In this document: piece after piece, positions 23,334 through 36,968 of the stretch
How the letters are laid out: each line of letters starts with the position of its first letter
Position numbering within the stretch: the first letter of the stretch is position 1
DNA from: Azolla caroliniana
Taxonomy: Eukaryota; Plantae; Polypodiophyta
Reading direction: 5' to 3'
NCBI GenBank assembly: GCA_043228905.1
Contig: JBHGNT010000007.1
Span: 22,258,001 to 22,322,000 of the forward strand
DNA length: 64,000 bases
The notes under the pieces: generated by a model
The model's input: the letters and a program-made list of their open reading frames with translations, nothing else
Database searches by the model: none
What the model was told of the DNA's origin: nothing
Translations under genes and position numbers: made by a program

Positions 23334-26300
23334 ATGTCACCCGAAAAGTCCACCAGCGATCGCCATTTTGTTACTTGGACAAAGGAGGTAAAGTTAAGCC
23401 ATTGCAACTTCTCATTCATTCATTGTTTGAGAAGATTTGATTTCAGTATTGTATTTGATTCATCCAAAAGATTAATTTGTTTAGAGCCTAGGGTTTGGGG
23501 TTTAGGTTTTGATTAAACTAGAATAGATTCACTTCATAATTCTTATTGATATCTCACTTTTGTTACCATTTACAAAATTACATATAAATGCACGTTAAAT
23601 TGTTGCTGGATATGGCATATTCATGGCTTTTCTTTTGTTTTCTATAGTTGTTTCTGTTATTATCTTCTCATTCACAAAATCTCACCCAAAACTTTCGTTT
23701 ACTTCTTATATAATATAGGAAGATGATGTATTGAGGCAAGCTGTTGCAAGATATGGAGAAGATAAGTGAGTGCTTCTAAAAAGGTTTCATATTAGTGCCT
23801 ACATATTCAATCCTGTCTGAAATTAATTTTGGTCTCCATGCATTACAGATGGTCTATAATTGCATCACAATTCTCTGACAAGACAACCCGTCAATGTCGT
23901 CGACGGTAAGGTGATGTTGTATACATGCATGGATTGGTACACACACATATATATTCATGCATATGGATTAATATAATCATACATGTATGTTTGTGTGTTG
24001 GAAAAAATTTCACTCATCATATTAGCATGTATTTCTTGGAATTTGATGTTTTCCCTTTTGGAACTGTGGATAGTTGGAACACTTACCTAAGCATTGACTG
24101 CAAGAAGGGAGGATGGACACCTGAAGAAGATCGAATTTTACTGCAGGTTGTCCTAACATGCCTTGCTTATACCGAGTAAAATGCTATACTACAATAAACT
24201 ATCCTGGCTAATGGTTATGTAACGTATACCAGGCACACCGGAAATTTGGTAACAGATGGACCGAAATTGCTAAAGTGGTGCCTGGAAGGTATACAATACA
24301 ACTTGAAATTCCTTGTGTCAAATACGTCTACACAAGGCTGATTTTATAATTACTTTTGATGCAAAGGACTGATAATGCCGTAAAGAATCGGTTTTGTGCC
24401 CTTGGCAAAAAGAAAGCGAAGAAGCCAAATGATTTGTTCAACCAAAGCAGTGCTGGGCAAGGGCATTTAGCACCAAAACCAAGAGTTCTGGAGCAAAATC
24501 ACAGTATAACCAATAAAAGGACCAGGTAAGATGCGATTCTTGTGGCTTTTCTTAAATTACCACCTGTTGTGAAGGTTCCGATAGATGCTTTTATGGCTAC
24601 TATGTACATCAGCTTGGTCAGCATACTCCAGATTGTTATTGGATATGGATTGATGGATAATTGTGCAAGATGCTTTACCAACTCCTCCATATATCTTGTT
24701 CTTTCTGTTTTTAGAGAGAGAGAGGGAGAGATTCCAGAGGCATGGAATTGAAGTAGGATACATCCTACTTGACATGCATATATATGTTACTATTATCCAA
24801 TGCATGTTTTTTTCCTGTTTCAGTCGTCTTTAACTCATCAAATGAGAGAGAAAGAGGGAGAAAGGGAGAGAGATTTTATGGTCTTCTTTAGAGGTCAAAT
24901 ATGATTTATGAGACAAAACAAATTAACATTTTCACATAATACATGTGAAAGTGAGGTGACTCTCGATGTTTAAGAACTTTGCTAACAAATGGCACAATTG
25001 AGAGAGCACACTGTGATTGTGAGAGAAATTTGTGCAAGGGTAGAGCTGGGTTGAAGGTCTATACAAATAGTAAAATGTGACCAAAGACAAAGCATTGTAT
25101 CAAAGTGTGATACTCCGACTCTTGAACTTGTTCAGGGAGAAATGTGCATAGTCTACTAGTAAAATTTGTGCACGGGCAGAGCTGGGTTGAAGGTCTATGC
25201 AAAGCATAGTAAAATGTGATCAAAGACAAAGCATTGTATCAAAGTGTGATACTCAGACTCTTGAACTTGTTTAGGGAGAAATGTGCCACAACATTCCATT
25301 TCACATTGAAGAGAGTGCGAATTAAGTCCAATGGAAGCTATGGTTTGGATGGTGGACAAGGGAGGGGCTCTATCTAACATGTATCAACTTGTTTGGTTTC
25401 CCAATTTGGCGAAGAGTATGGGTTTTGTAGTTAGGGTCAACATATGTCTCACAATTTGTGAAACATGAGTGTCCATATTTTTCCAATGTCATGATACATT
25501 GGCATTGCAAAATGGCCTCCTTTATAGAGGAACCTATTGACGCGTCGTGAAGCACTTGTGTTGCATCCCATCTTCCAAACCATTTTTTCATATCTTGCAT
25601 CCATCTTGAACACAAAAATTTGCTTTTATGTGTCTTTTGGAACTTTTTACTTGCTTGAGAGAGAGAGAGCATACCAGATAAAAAGGACTCCAAATGAATG
25701 GACTGATTATATTGACATGGATATATGTGTGTGTGTTTTATACTTCTGTTTTCTATCGGAGAGATGATGTGATGTGCCTATACATGTGTGTGCATCTGTT
25801 ATATTATTTATACTTGTTTTTTTAGTGGTTGATACTATGATTTCTTACAGGGGAGATGATATACAGTTAATGGCTTGCCAAAGCTTTCATCAAGAGCAGA
25901 GACAATGGAACAGCCAACTTAAAACATGGCCATCAGATCAAAGAATGGCTCATCGAGCACATCTTTATACGACACAGAAAACCGGTTCGCTTTCAACGAA
26001 TATCAGGACACAGTTTCCCCCTCAAGACAAACCCAGTATGTGTTTTTTCTTTATCCTAATAATGTGTATAATGACCTAACATCTATCTACCTTGGTAAAT
26101 GCATTCTTACGTCCATCGTGTTTTTAGTGTGCTGGTCATGACTTTCTCAGTCCATGATTGAATCGAGTTTCTGATATCAAACTTCTTTTTTCTCAACTTC
26201 ATTTTTATTGCTAAATTTTGGTGTGGGAGAGTTTGTTGATCATTCTGAACGATTGATCAAAAGTTGATAACATTTTATAGTTTTTTTATTGTCCACCGGG

Positions 26301-28623
26301 AGGCCAATTTGGTCATTAACTAAGGAAATATTATACTAGGAGTAAATCTGCACTCTGGATGTATGTGATGTGTGTGTTTTGGGTTTGAGTCTTGTTTTCC
26401 CCGTCCCTTAAAAGCCTAATATCTTTAACTGTTTGGATATTTACTAGAATACATCTGCATATAAAAAAACCACCAGAACACTCTTATGCAGTACAATTTT
26501 GTAGAACTACAGAGTGGTATCGTTGTAGTTTTAGAAAACTTTAAGTATGAAATTTTATGACTACAGGGCAGATTGTAACAGGTAATAATGAAATTTTGTG
26601 AAATTGGTATTAGATTCTTGTTAGGATTTGTAAGAAATGACATGACAATGAGTAACGTATTTACTATGTTGCGAGTGTTGAAGGTATTAGCACCAGCATA
26701 GTGCACCAAGGATCGGGTTCATTTTCCGATAACATATCGCCCCCAAGGCTTGCAGCTCTTACCCGGACGGCTGCCCTCTTAGATTCACTGGTCAAAAGAC
26801 GTGATGCAAGACTGAAGTTATGGGGAAATATTGATACTGATGACACTTGGCGGGTAGATCACCAAACAAAGCTCAATATTAAATATGAAAATTCTGTTTT
26901 GTGCAATTAACGCCTCCTTTTCTTATATATATATATATATATATATATATTTGCACACTCTTTAATTATTAAGATGTACATGTTCCATGTATTTGAGAAG
27001 CCTTTTGCCAACTCTATACAAATGGAACAAATTTTCTTTAGGTATTTCACAACTAATAAAATTGTATGAGTCTGGAGTTTCACGAAACACCTTTCTTGAC
27101 ATTTTTCTAAGCATTGAAAATGGATCATCATGTGCCTAGATTAATACACTTGTGAGAAAAATAAATTTACTGTTGAAAATGCCACATTATATAGAAGTGC
27201 AATCGGGGCGTTAACATTGTTGACTTGCTTTGTTACATAGTCTTTTGATAGGCTTATGATGGAAGAGGGAGGCAAGACCTTGCAAAGTAGATATGATCAA
27301 GATTGTTTATCAGATAATGTTAAAGATGTTTTTTATCGAGGCAAGGAAAATTACCCAAGGCCGAGTCAAAGTTCATGTGAGAGGTGAAACTCACATTTCG
27401 TAGAGGCAATCCGAATTTCCAGTTCAAATTTCGTTTGTTCTAATATATTTTCTTGCTTTTAGTTCGATGCTACCAAATGCGCATCACAATGACTTATATC
27501 AGAAGGATGATTCCGAATGCTGTGGCTCGGATTATAGTGCAATGAGATATAACATAATGATGGATGATCATAATGAGGATTGTGCAACTTTAGAGAATGA
27601 TATGTTGTGTGATCAAGTGGACCAGACAATACCTACTGATCAATACGACTTTGAGATAGGTATGTATGCTTGTAAATACTAAAACTCAAGGTGGAGACAT
27701 TCTTTTCCTTTTTTTTCCTAATGGAGTTTTGATCATTTGATGAGGTGGGAACTAAGGGGTTGAACTCCCAACCTATATCTTGCAAGACTAAGGTCCTAAC
27801 CACTAAGTCGATCCCTTGCCCCTTTTCCTATTTTGAAAACATGAATCACTTTCTCAGGGTTTGATGCAGTCATTGAAGATGGAACTGATCCGATCATGTC
27901 ATTTTTGGGTACCATTCCACAAATCTCATGGGACTCTCATGTTTTGATGGATGAGATACCCACCCCAGAGTTTTCCGACATTGTAAGCTATAGCTTTCTT
28001 GCATTTGTTTCCCTCCACACCCCTTTAACATACCGGAGAGACGTATATGTTCATGAATCACATACATATGTACCTATGGATAGTGACAAATCTCAGTACA
28101 AAAAGCACACTAGTCTATTCAATTATGTATTTGGCAATGTGAGAGAATATGCATGATGATTTGACCATGTCCATGTATGACTTGTCCATGCACATATTTT
28201 AAATATGGACATGGCCAAATCTCCCTGATGCTCATTTTATGGGTAATTGATTGGATACATGCATATATCTAGGTTACATGAAGCTTTGATGTGCTATGGA
28301 GCTATGCCAAATACATAATTGGATGCATGCCTATTACATGGATACCTCGTGTTTGCCATGGGGACAAGCTCATATGCATATGCACATGGAGAAATCCCCA
28401 CACATTTCAATCTATGGTTTAACCCAACACATCATTGGATGCATGCCTATATGTGGCTATTTTGTTCATATATATACTATTTGTAGCTTATCATCAAAAT
28501 TTGTTTTTGGTTATTTTGTTTAATGAAAATTTGCTAAACTTGACTTCCATTTTACAGGAGAAGCAATTCTTATTGAGTGCATTTGATACAAACCCAAGTT
28601 ATCAATACTCACTCTATGCTTGA
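23334..28623 (+). CDS. FLP: FOUR LIPS / MYB88-like atypical R2R3-MYB transcription factor, 12 exons
   Basis: Exons are 23334-23387, 23719-23765, 23849-23905, 24074-24146, 24233-24288, 24367-24525, 25851-26035, 26684-26853, 27241-27383, 27463-27659, 27858-27982 and 28558-28623, all GT-AG with consistent phases. The motifs RHFVTWTKEEDDVL, KTTRQCRRRW, KKGGWTPEED and [23 protein letters not shown], plus the C-terminal IPTPEFSDIEKQFLL, are diagnostic of FLP/MYB88. Confidence 0.92.
24873..25657 (-). mobile_element. 5'-truncated RTE-X-like LINE in FLP intron 6, flanked by (CT)n
   Basis: Translates to QASKKFQKTHKSK..WMQDMKKWFGRWDA and QESEYHTLIQC, homologous to 31015-31986. It has an internal duplication of about 135 bp (25027-25147 / 25163-25286) and GA-repeat tracts at both ends. 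Confidence 0.88.
27744..27822 (-). repeat. tRNA-derived fragment (SINE head or tRNA pseudogene) in FLP intron 10
   Basis: The minus strand reads gggcaagggatcgacttagtggttaggaccttagtcttgcaagatataggttgggagttcaacccc, with an A-box-like TAGTGG and a B-box-like GAGTTCAACCCC at tRNA spacing. Confidence 0.5.
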
Positions 28624-29899
28624 GGAAACATGATTTGGAAAACTCAAACTTTGACCTCATGCAATCAACCTATGTTGCTAGGACAACTTAGGAGAAAACT
28701 CCCCCTTGTATAAAACAATGCATTTTAGTCACAACGAGAAACATTCATATATAAATGTCAATTCAATCAATATATTTTTAAATAGCTAAATATCAATCTA
28801 TATATGTCTAATCCACCATAAAATTTACAAGTATATGCATTCTGTTCTATACATGTCATGTTATACTAAGGTCTAATGCTTTGTTGTAAACTTAAGAAGA
28901 ATGGCCATATTTGACATAACATTGTGGCATTCATTGTATATGTTCAAACTTAATATCCTCAAAAGTGAAAGTAAAAGGTCATAAATAAACATTTGAGAAA
29001 TCTTTGGGTTTCTTTAGCTAGAAATCTAGTGCAAGGGCTGTCATCTCTTTTTAATTTACACTACAAGAGTGCTGAGTTATGCACAAAAGGTTACATAGAA
29101 AGTCACATGATCAATGTGGGATTTTCCATTGAACCATCATTAGTGTATGAAATGGCATGACACTACTCTCTTGTTCTTTTTTCATGAAGAGTATTTTACT
29201 ATTATATTATGTATCTATATAACACTAAAAAATCTACATTCACAAGAGTGATATCAAACAACAAAACATTATGTTGGTTTCAATTGTCACCCTTGGGGAT
29301 GTATATATTGAACATGTTGTAGCATTGAATTGCAAAAACAAACTTGTAGTGACAAAAGTAGAAGAGATTGTAACAAGAGAACTACCATAACAAGAGCCTT
29401 TCATGTGATAGACATGATGCACAATAAAATGTCGACCATAACATGGAAATGTGATAGGGTCTTCCAATTATACCCCAATATTATGAAAATAAAAGACTAA
29501 CTAATATTCCACAAATGACATCATGTTCAACTTAGCAAAAATGTTATTCCATTTGTAAGGCATGCTCTTGACATTAGCATTCTTAACATAGCGGAACACT
29601 TTTACACAACCTATATTCAAAGTGAGAACAAGAATCACCCTCCACAACTAGTTAAGATCTCAACATCAAGAATCACCTTCGTATATATGCTTTGACTCCA
29701 TGCCTACCATCAAATACAAAAGTATTTTGCATACCCCAATTATGACGCAATCCCCAATACCTCAAAAATAAAAAAACGATCTCCATCTTTGAGTTTGGGT
29801 CAATCTTTGTGAATTGTGCAAACACCCACGATCTTGGCATCAAATATCACGCTGATAAAACTTGTCAAATTTGAGGTATGTAACTCTGAATTTGACAAG

Positions 29900-30140
29900 C
29901 AATTGGGCATTGTATTTAACAATGAGCATTATCTTCCATTTGAAAAATGCAAAAGAAGCAATTGTCCATTGTTAGTCCATGTCACTTTAGAGCTAATCCC
30001 AAGAGCAAACCCCCATTCAAAATTCTCCAAATGAAGATTTTTGTTACCACTGGCAATTTAGAATGCCAACTACAATGACATTTGACCTCATAAACACCAA
30101 TCAATCCACAATTGCTCTTTTGTTTATAAAGGTAAAGTAT
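29900..30140 (-). mobile_element. Degenerate L1-type LINE 3' fragment (zf-RVT region)
   Basis: SWHSKLPVVTKIFIWRILNGGL resembles the W..lP.K.KiF.Wr motif of plant L1 zf-RVT. Confidence 0.5.
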
Positions 30141-30149
30141 AGTCTCTCT

Positions 30150-30486
30150 CTCACTAGATGCCACTGTGGAATGTACTGGGTTGAACCCATGACCACTTGG
30201 TCTCCATTGGTCAATGCAACCTTACTAATTGAGCTCTCTCTCTCTCTCTCTCTTTGATCGTAATTAGCTTGCCTTAATGGTAAGTTGTTTACACTACTAA
30301 CACTAGATCTTGGGTTTGAAACCCAATTTCACTAGATGCCACTGTGGAATGTAGGGGTTGAACCCATGACCACTTGGTCTCCATTGGACAACCTTGGGTT
30401 TGAAACCCAATTTCACTAGATGCCACTGTGGAATGTAGGGGTTGAACCCATGACCACTTGGTCTCCATTGGACAACCTTATCATCT

Positions 30487-30541
<55 letters not shown>

Positions 30542-30740
30542 CTTTTTTCGTAAATGTATGTTTATATTAAAACAACATGAAAATACAAAAAAACCTTGCT
30601 ATCAAAACTACGTCAAAGATAGCGATGTGGCAAGGACAACCTTCTAAAGTGCTGCAATACAAAGCGACACAAATGTAACTCGTTTGGGGACAAAGTTCCC
30701 ATACAACATAATTGTGAAAATTGCCAAATCAACATGAAAA

Positions 30741-30773
<33 letters not shown>

Positions 30774-30945
30774 AGTGATACTACATTTTGGGTTTGAAAC
30801 CTCATTCTCTCTCTCTCTAGTGGTAAGTTATTTACACTACTAATACTACATTTTGGGTTTGAAACCTATTTTTTTCTCTCTCTCTAGTGGTAAGTCGTTT
30901 ACAATACTAGCACTACATTTTGGGTTCGAAACCTAATTTTCTCAC
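30150..30945. repeat. Cluster of short tRNA-like units interspersed with (CT)n
   Basis: Unit 1 (tcactagatgccactgtggaatgtaggggttgaacccatgaccacttggtctccattgg) occurs three times and has a minus-strand B-box GGGTTCAACCC. Unit 2 (tagtggtaagt..tttacactactaa.acta.attttgggtt(t/c)gaaacc) occurs about four times with plus-strand A- and B-box-like motifs. Confidence 0.6.
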
Positions 30946-30961
30946 CTCTCTATTACTCCAT

Positions 30962-31001
<40 letters not shown>

Positions 31002-31014
31002 TCTCTCACCTCTC

Positions 31015-31982
31015 TTGGAGATATAAGTGTTGGGTCCTCAAGAAATATCTTTTTGACACTTTGGTGACACCGGTTCTTCTCTATGGGGTGGAAGTATGGG
31101 GCAGTAGCATCCCTAAATCTATGTGGAAAGAGATTGAAAATGTCCAAAAACATTTTCTTACAAAGTTTCTACAAGTTAAGAAACAAACGCCCTACACCCT
31201 CCTCCTCCTTGAGATGGGATCGCTTCCCATTGAGATCATGGCCATGGAAAGGGTTGTTGAATACATGCTTAAGGTTCAAAAAAGTCCCTCACATCGACTT
31301 CCTAGAATTGCATGGGAAGCAAGCAAAAAGATCCAAAAGACGCATAAAAGCAAAATTTTGTGTTCCGGTTGGATGCAAGATATAGAAAAATGGTTTGGTA
31401 GATGGGATGCGAGACACTTGCTTCATGATGCATCATTAGATTCCTCTATAAATGAGGCCTTTTTGCAATGCCAATGTATCATGACATGGGACAAATGTGG
31501 AGGCTCACGCTTCACACATTATACTACACATGTTGCACCTAACTACAAAACCATATTCTTTGCGGAACGGGGAAATCGTACACATCGATACCTGTTAGAG
31601 CCCATACCGTTATCTGCCATTCGAACCATTGCTTCCATGCGACTTAGCTCACATGCATTGCGATGTGAAACAGGGCGTTGGGGCACAAGTGATGAGAGTG
31701 GTCGGCTATGCACACTTTGCCCTAAACAAGTTCGCGAGTCTGAGTATCACACTTTGATACAATGCTCTGCCTTTGATCATATTCGACTGTGCTTTCCACA
31801 TCTCTTCAACCGAGCCCAATCTTTGCATGAATTCCTCTCACAACCACAATGTGCACTCTCGATTGCAACATTCATTGGTAAAGTTCTTGAACATCGAGAG
31901 TCACTACTTACTTTCACACATATCACGTGAAATGTAATATTTTTGGTCTCATAGGTCATATTTGACCTCCGAAGACGATAAT

Positions 31983-31986
<4 letters not shown>
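31015..31986 (+). mobile_element. 5'-truncated RTE-X-like non-LTR retrotransposon with open ORF2 C-terminus, embedded in (CT)n
   Basis: The open frame runs to 31930 with LLYGVEVW, RLSSHALRCETGRW and the C-terminal Cys/His motif RLCTLC..ESEYHTLIQC. A short 3' UTR is followed by (TC)n at 31987-32030, and (CT)n also lies at 30965-31014. Confidence 0.88.
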
Positions 31987-32034
<48 letters not shown>

Positions 32035-34532
32035 TCATAAAAGTTGTCACTACATGATGCATCAACCAAACACGAAACAAGGAAATGTCATGTTAAACCA
32101 ATAAAGTACTTTATTTGATGAGCCACAAATGTGAATATGAGTGGAAGATATTTATAATATTGCAATGATACAAACAAACATGTAATTAGAAGCTCTACCT
32201 TAGTGGATTAACCCAATAGTACCTCTATGTGCATAAGAAAGGAAAATTGTTGTTTGATCTACAAAAACCAATTTAGCCGAGGCTTGTGTCTTATAACTTA
32301 TGGCATAAGGACATTAAAATGGTCAATCTACTCTAATGATCTCCAATTGGCATACATACATGGTAAAGATGTTGAACGAGTTTACATGTATAAGAGTGGT
32401 ATTGATTTTGAAAGAAGTGATTCTTTAACTATAATTAAGTGATGAAACAAGAATAAGTTGAATCTTTTCCATCCCGTCGAAGAAGCTTCTAAATTGTTTT
32501 GAATGGGAGGTTTACTCTCTTTCTTCCAGAGTTTGACATTTAAAATACATGAGTTTATTTTATTTATTTTTATCTAAAATCCACTTAATCCGTTGATGAT
32601 TGGATACCTTCATGTAGAATATTCATGGAGTGCTATGATGCTTAAACAATGTCCCTCAAGATACCATTGCATTTCCTCTCAACCAATTTAGATCCACAAA
32701 TTGTGCTAAATTAAAAATTGGTTTATGCATATCAATTTCTAGTTAAGATGCCAAAATCAAATATATCCTAGATCCATATAATCTCTCGGGGTTTGCGAAA
32801 CAAGTTGGTTGATTCCTAACCACCACGGTTAAACCAATCATTGAAGCATCAATAACCCATTTAAGGTAGGACATGTATCGACAACAAACAAGAGAGATAG
32901 GGTCTTAAGGGATAAACTCTTCATTAGTGATATGATAGTGAGAGGAAGTGTGCAACTCCAAGGTGAAATTAAGTCAAGCCATTCTCTAACCAAAGCCCAT
33001 ATAATTAGAGTAACCGCGAAACACCAATTGAAATGATCATATGACTTCTAGATATCTGATTGTAATAAACCCTTTCACCTTTTGGCATGATAAATGGTCC
33101 CAAGACTTTACGTAAGGCATCACTTCCCTTAATATAAACTATACCTAAGAAAATGTCGTAAGGAAGCAAGGTACTTTTTTAGCCATTGGCTATGGCTTCC
33201 GTAGAAATTGATATAAACATCGATTTAGCGTAATTGGGTGCCACACATTAAGTAGGGATGGAGGGGGACTTCTTGCAAAAATATAATCGCACCTTCTATA
33301 GTGCAACATTTAGGACAATAGAGTAGTATTTTGGTAGTTTTTGAAACATATGAGTGTTCTGGTAGTAAATATCCAAAAAGTCATGGTAATTTGGTAGGGC
33401 ACCCTTTTATTTATTCTGGTGACATAACTTTGTGCCTTTTCAGGCCCTGCTTATGATTTTTTCTTTCTTTCTTCGTGGTCTTTATTTCTTAAGTTTTTTG
33501 GATCAACTTAAAAATATGTTTGTTTTTTATGACTTTATTTGTCTACGTTGTTTAACATTAATAGAAGATTAGAATAAACATCGTATATATATTATATTTC
33601 TGATGGGTTTGTTTTTCCGAGTCCTTTGACGTGACAACTTAAATTGGCATGACATGAAGTGTGAAGAAAGGCATCATTTTGCAAAAAATTATACGTGAAA
33701 AAAATACATTGCTTGAGGTTCGGCACCAATCTTCTCTAATGTTCTAGTCTCTCGATAAATAAAGAGCTTTGCTTGAATGGGGGGATATTTTGTCATAAGA
33801 GTGGGATAGGTAGAATGCTATGTTGAACTCCTTGTTAATAACAGAAAGGGTGGGCATTATGAAATTCAAATTTTGTATGTGAATAAATGCATTGCTTTAA
33901 GTTTACTAGCTTACGATCAATATATCACACAATGAGCCGAAGATATTCTTAATATGTGGATGTCAATTGCTAGTTGTTCTCATCCACGTTTGTTGGGATG
34001 CATTGTCGTGTATTGTCTCAAATAACGAGATCGTATGCATGACATCAGGTAAAAAAGTAGCACAACTTTTTCTAGATCTCATAAATATTGCGCAGTCTCT
34101 ATATGTTGTTGGAACTAAACATAATTCTGACTGAGCTTCCGCGAAGGCTTCATCTAGTAGTTCGAGGACTTATTTAATGTTTTACTATTGATTAAGTATC
34201 CAAAAAAACAAAAAGTTTGAGTTTTATAGAAAATGATTGTAATGGAATTTCTACATTGGAAAACAATAGAAGAATATTTCTACAATTGTTTTGATTATAC
34301 CCTAGAAGCAAAGGAGCAATGCAAGATGATTATCATAATGTGGCGCAAGAATAATGTTTTTAAATGTGAAACTTTAATGATACGTGACACAATATTTGTG
34401 TAACAACAAGATTCGAGGGTGAATAGAGTCATGTTTCTTTAATAGGACATAAAATCTCCCAAACTTGAAAGAGAAGACCTTTCTTCATTAGGGCAATCCT
34501 TGGCTACCCCTCAAAAGAGCTCATTTATGGGC

Positions 34533-34835
34533 TAGCAATCAGTAACGACTCAGCTCAAGCCGGAATCAAGTCATAAAACTGTTTTTAATAGTTTGGTAGT
34601 TCGGCTTGGTTCGGTTCAGGTTTGAGCTTCCTTAATCGGTTTGAGCTCGGTTCATATCGACTTGAGCTTTGCAAAATTGTCTTGGGCGTAATTGGTTCCT
34701 AAATTGGCTTAGGCTTAACCGATTTCGGGATTGTTTTGGTTTGGTTCAGGTTTGAAAACTCATAAGCCAGTTAAGGCTTAATTGGTTTGGCTTGGGCAAG
34801 ACCAAACTAGTTAAGTTGAAACTGAACTAGTTAAC
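34533..34835 (+). mobile_element. Partial AACCG/CGGTT-rich hAT-type MITE
   Basis: Starts TAGCAATC. It is the reverse-complement homolog of 49600-49802 (ggttcggttcaggtttgagcttccttaat vs attaaggaagcttaagcctgaaccgaacc). Confidence 0.55.
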
Positions 34836-36968
34836 AACAAGTGCGTGATGATGATAGGCACATATGGTGTTATAACCCCAAAATTGATTAAATAAAATGT
34901 TATAAATAACATTACCAAGCTAACTGGAATTATGGTAATTATTGTTGCATTAATTTTATATGTTTGACTTGGTTATATATATAAACTTGTGTATAGTTTT
35001 CCATGAGATGTGATTGACGTTGGTGTTGTGTATGTATTGGTCAGACCATGGCTTTATTGGTAGTGTTTACTTGATGGATGCAACATTGTAATTATTGATG
35101 TGGGAAGTGGGGTGTTGGTGAAGTCCGATTGAAGTGGTCTCTACTATTCTCTAGTTATTGTTCAACAACATCATATTATTGATCACTAAATTGTAGTGAT
35201 TGATTAACTCTCACATTTCTTAATTGCTTTACAAAAACCACAACACCAATGCACATGTATGGTGCACTCTCCCTTTCTTGTGTCTAACATATATATAAAT
35301 ATATCCAATCTAGGTGGGTGAGGCAAGACTTTATTAAATACGTTGGATTGAGGGTGTCATGATCATGACATTTAGATGGAGTATGTTTTTTTCTTAGTTC
35401 TCGGTTCCGTAATTAAATTTTGGAAGTTGCAAATGTGAGACCAGTTTGCATCAAAATGATTAATTCATTTGTACTCAAATGAAGGTTTTAGTCATAGTAA
35501 AACTAATCTTTGAAGGGCATTGGCATTGAATGGTTAGCATGTTTGATCTAGACCACCAATGTATCATGACATTGCAGAGCTACACTTTATGCTTAAGATT
35601 GCATGTTTAAAGTTCCGACCAAGGGGTTTGACGTTAAGTTCATTATAAAAACTCTTCACAATTTTACTTGTGGATTATGTACAACAATGTGGTCCCTGTT
35701 GAGAATTGTTTTACAGACTTTTGACCATTGAGATATTTTCTGCAATGTGAAAATGGTAGGAGTGCCCCTGTAGAAGGCAAGGCTAAAACGTTTATGGCTA
35801 TCGACTTCAAATGCTAGAATCCAAAGCTATTCTTTTCGCCGAAGGCTGAAGTGGAGAATTTCGTTACTCTTCATCACATTAAAACATGCCCACCACACAT
35901 AAGAACTCTTCGTTGTCTTCCATTGAAAAATTCATATGTGAGCAACTTTTCCAGCTATACAACTGCACATTATTTCTTGAAAATGTGTTGTCTTGTTCGC
36001 TAGTGCTCTTTCGAAGTAACCTTCCTATTTGTTTTTCATATATTTCGTTCTCTCTACTATATGTATGTACATCGTGCCCTACATTATGTTCGACTTTTCG
36101 ATTGTTGTTAGATGAGGCATCTTCATTGCATTATTTGATATTTGGTATGATAAGAAGTTATCATTTATGTCTGGTGAAGTGTCATAAAGATCACCATGTT
36201 CTTTGAGGCATGTATCAATAACAAATCATTAGTATATGCTTATATAATTCTCAATTCTCTCACATTATGGTGTGTTCACATTGAGAAACAATTGAACCCC
36301 CCTTTATATTGGCATCATCCTAATTGTCCATCATCTCAAACAAGCCTATCTCATCAACATTCTTTGTGCCTCTTTTAAAAATAAAAATGCCCCATGCAAA
36401 CCAACCTCAAACAACTCTAAGTGTCCTTATGTAATTCCATGAAGTGACCATCGTGTTATTGATAAACAACATGCACTTTAGTTAGATCCATTTGTTAACA
36501 CTAACCGAAGAATGTCTCGTATAATGCTAAATGCTAAAATCATCCTGAGCATAATGCTCTTTGCATGGCTTTTCATTTGTAAATGGTAACCATAAAGCAC
36601 GATACACTTTGTTTTGTCATATATACCCATGAGCATCCTATTGTTCTCATGATGATGTGATGGTAAGGTATAAACCCCAAATGCGTTGGTCGAGATCTTG
36701 AATAAAAACCAATTCTTTTGAATATGAATCCAATCAAGTGTACAATGGGCAGGGAGAGGAAATGAAATTTATGGATTTAGAAGAAACATATAGACTCTTG
36801 GGAAGCCAGTGTGTGTTGGATTTTCTCGTGTCATAGCTATACAATTTTAGAGATACATGACAATCTTGGTTCCTTTTTTTGTAAGTTTGTGTAGAGAGGT
36901 GGGGTGTGTCCCCCATGATACAAAATTTTGAAGTATTTAGATCACCAACAAAGGTGGGTTCGGCATGG

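Noticed and set aside
30920-31930. 336-aa ORF as a host gene
   Set aside because: Its N-terminus is translated (CT)n, and the rest is the C-terminus of a LINE ORF2 with a second copy at 24.9-25.7 kb.
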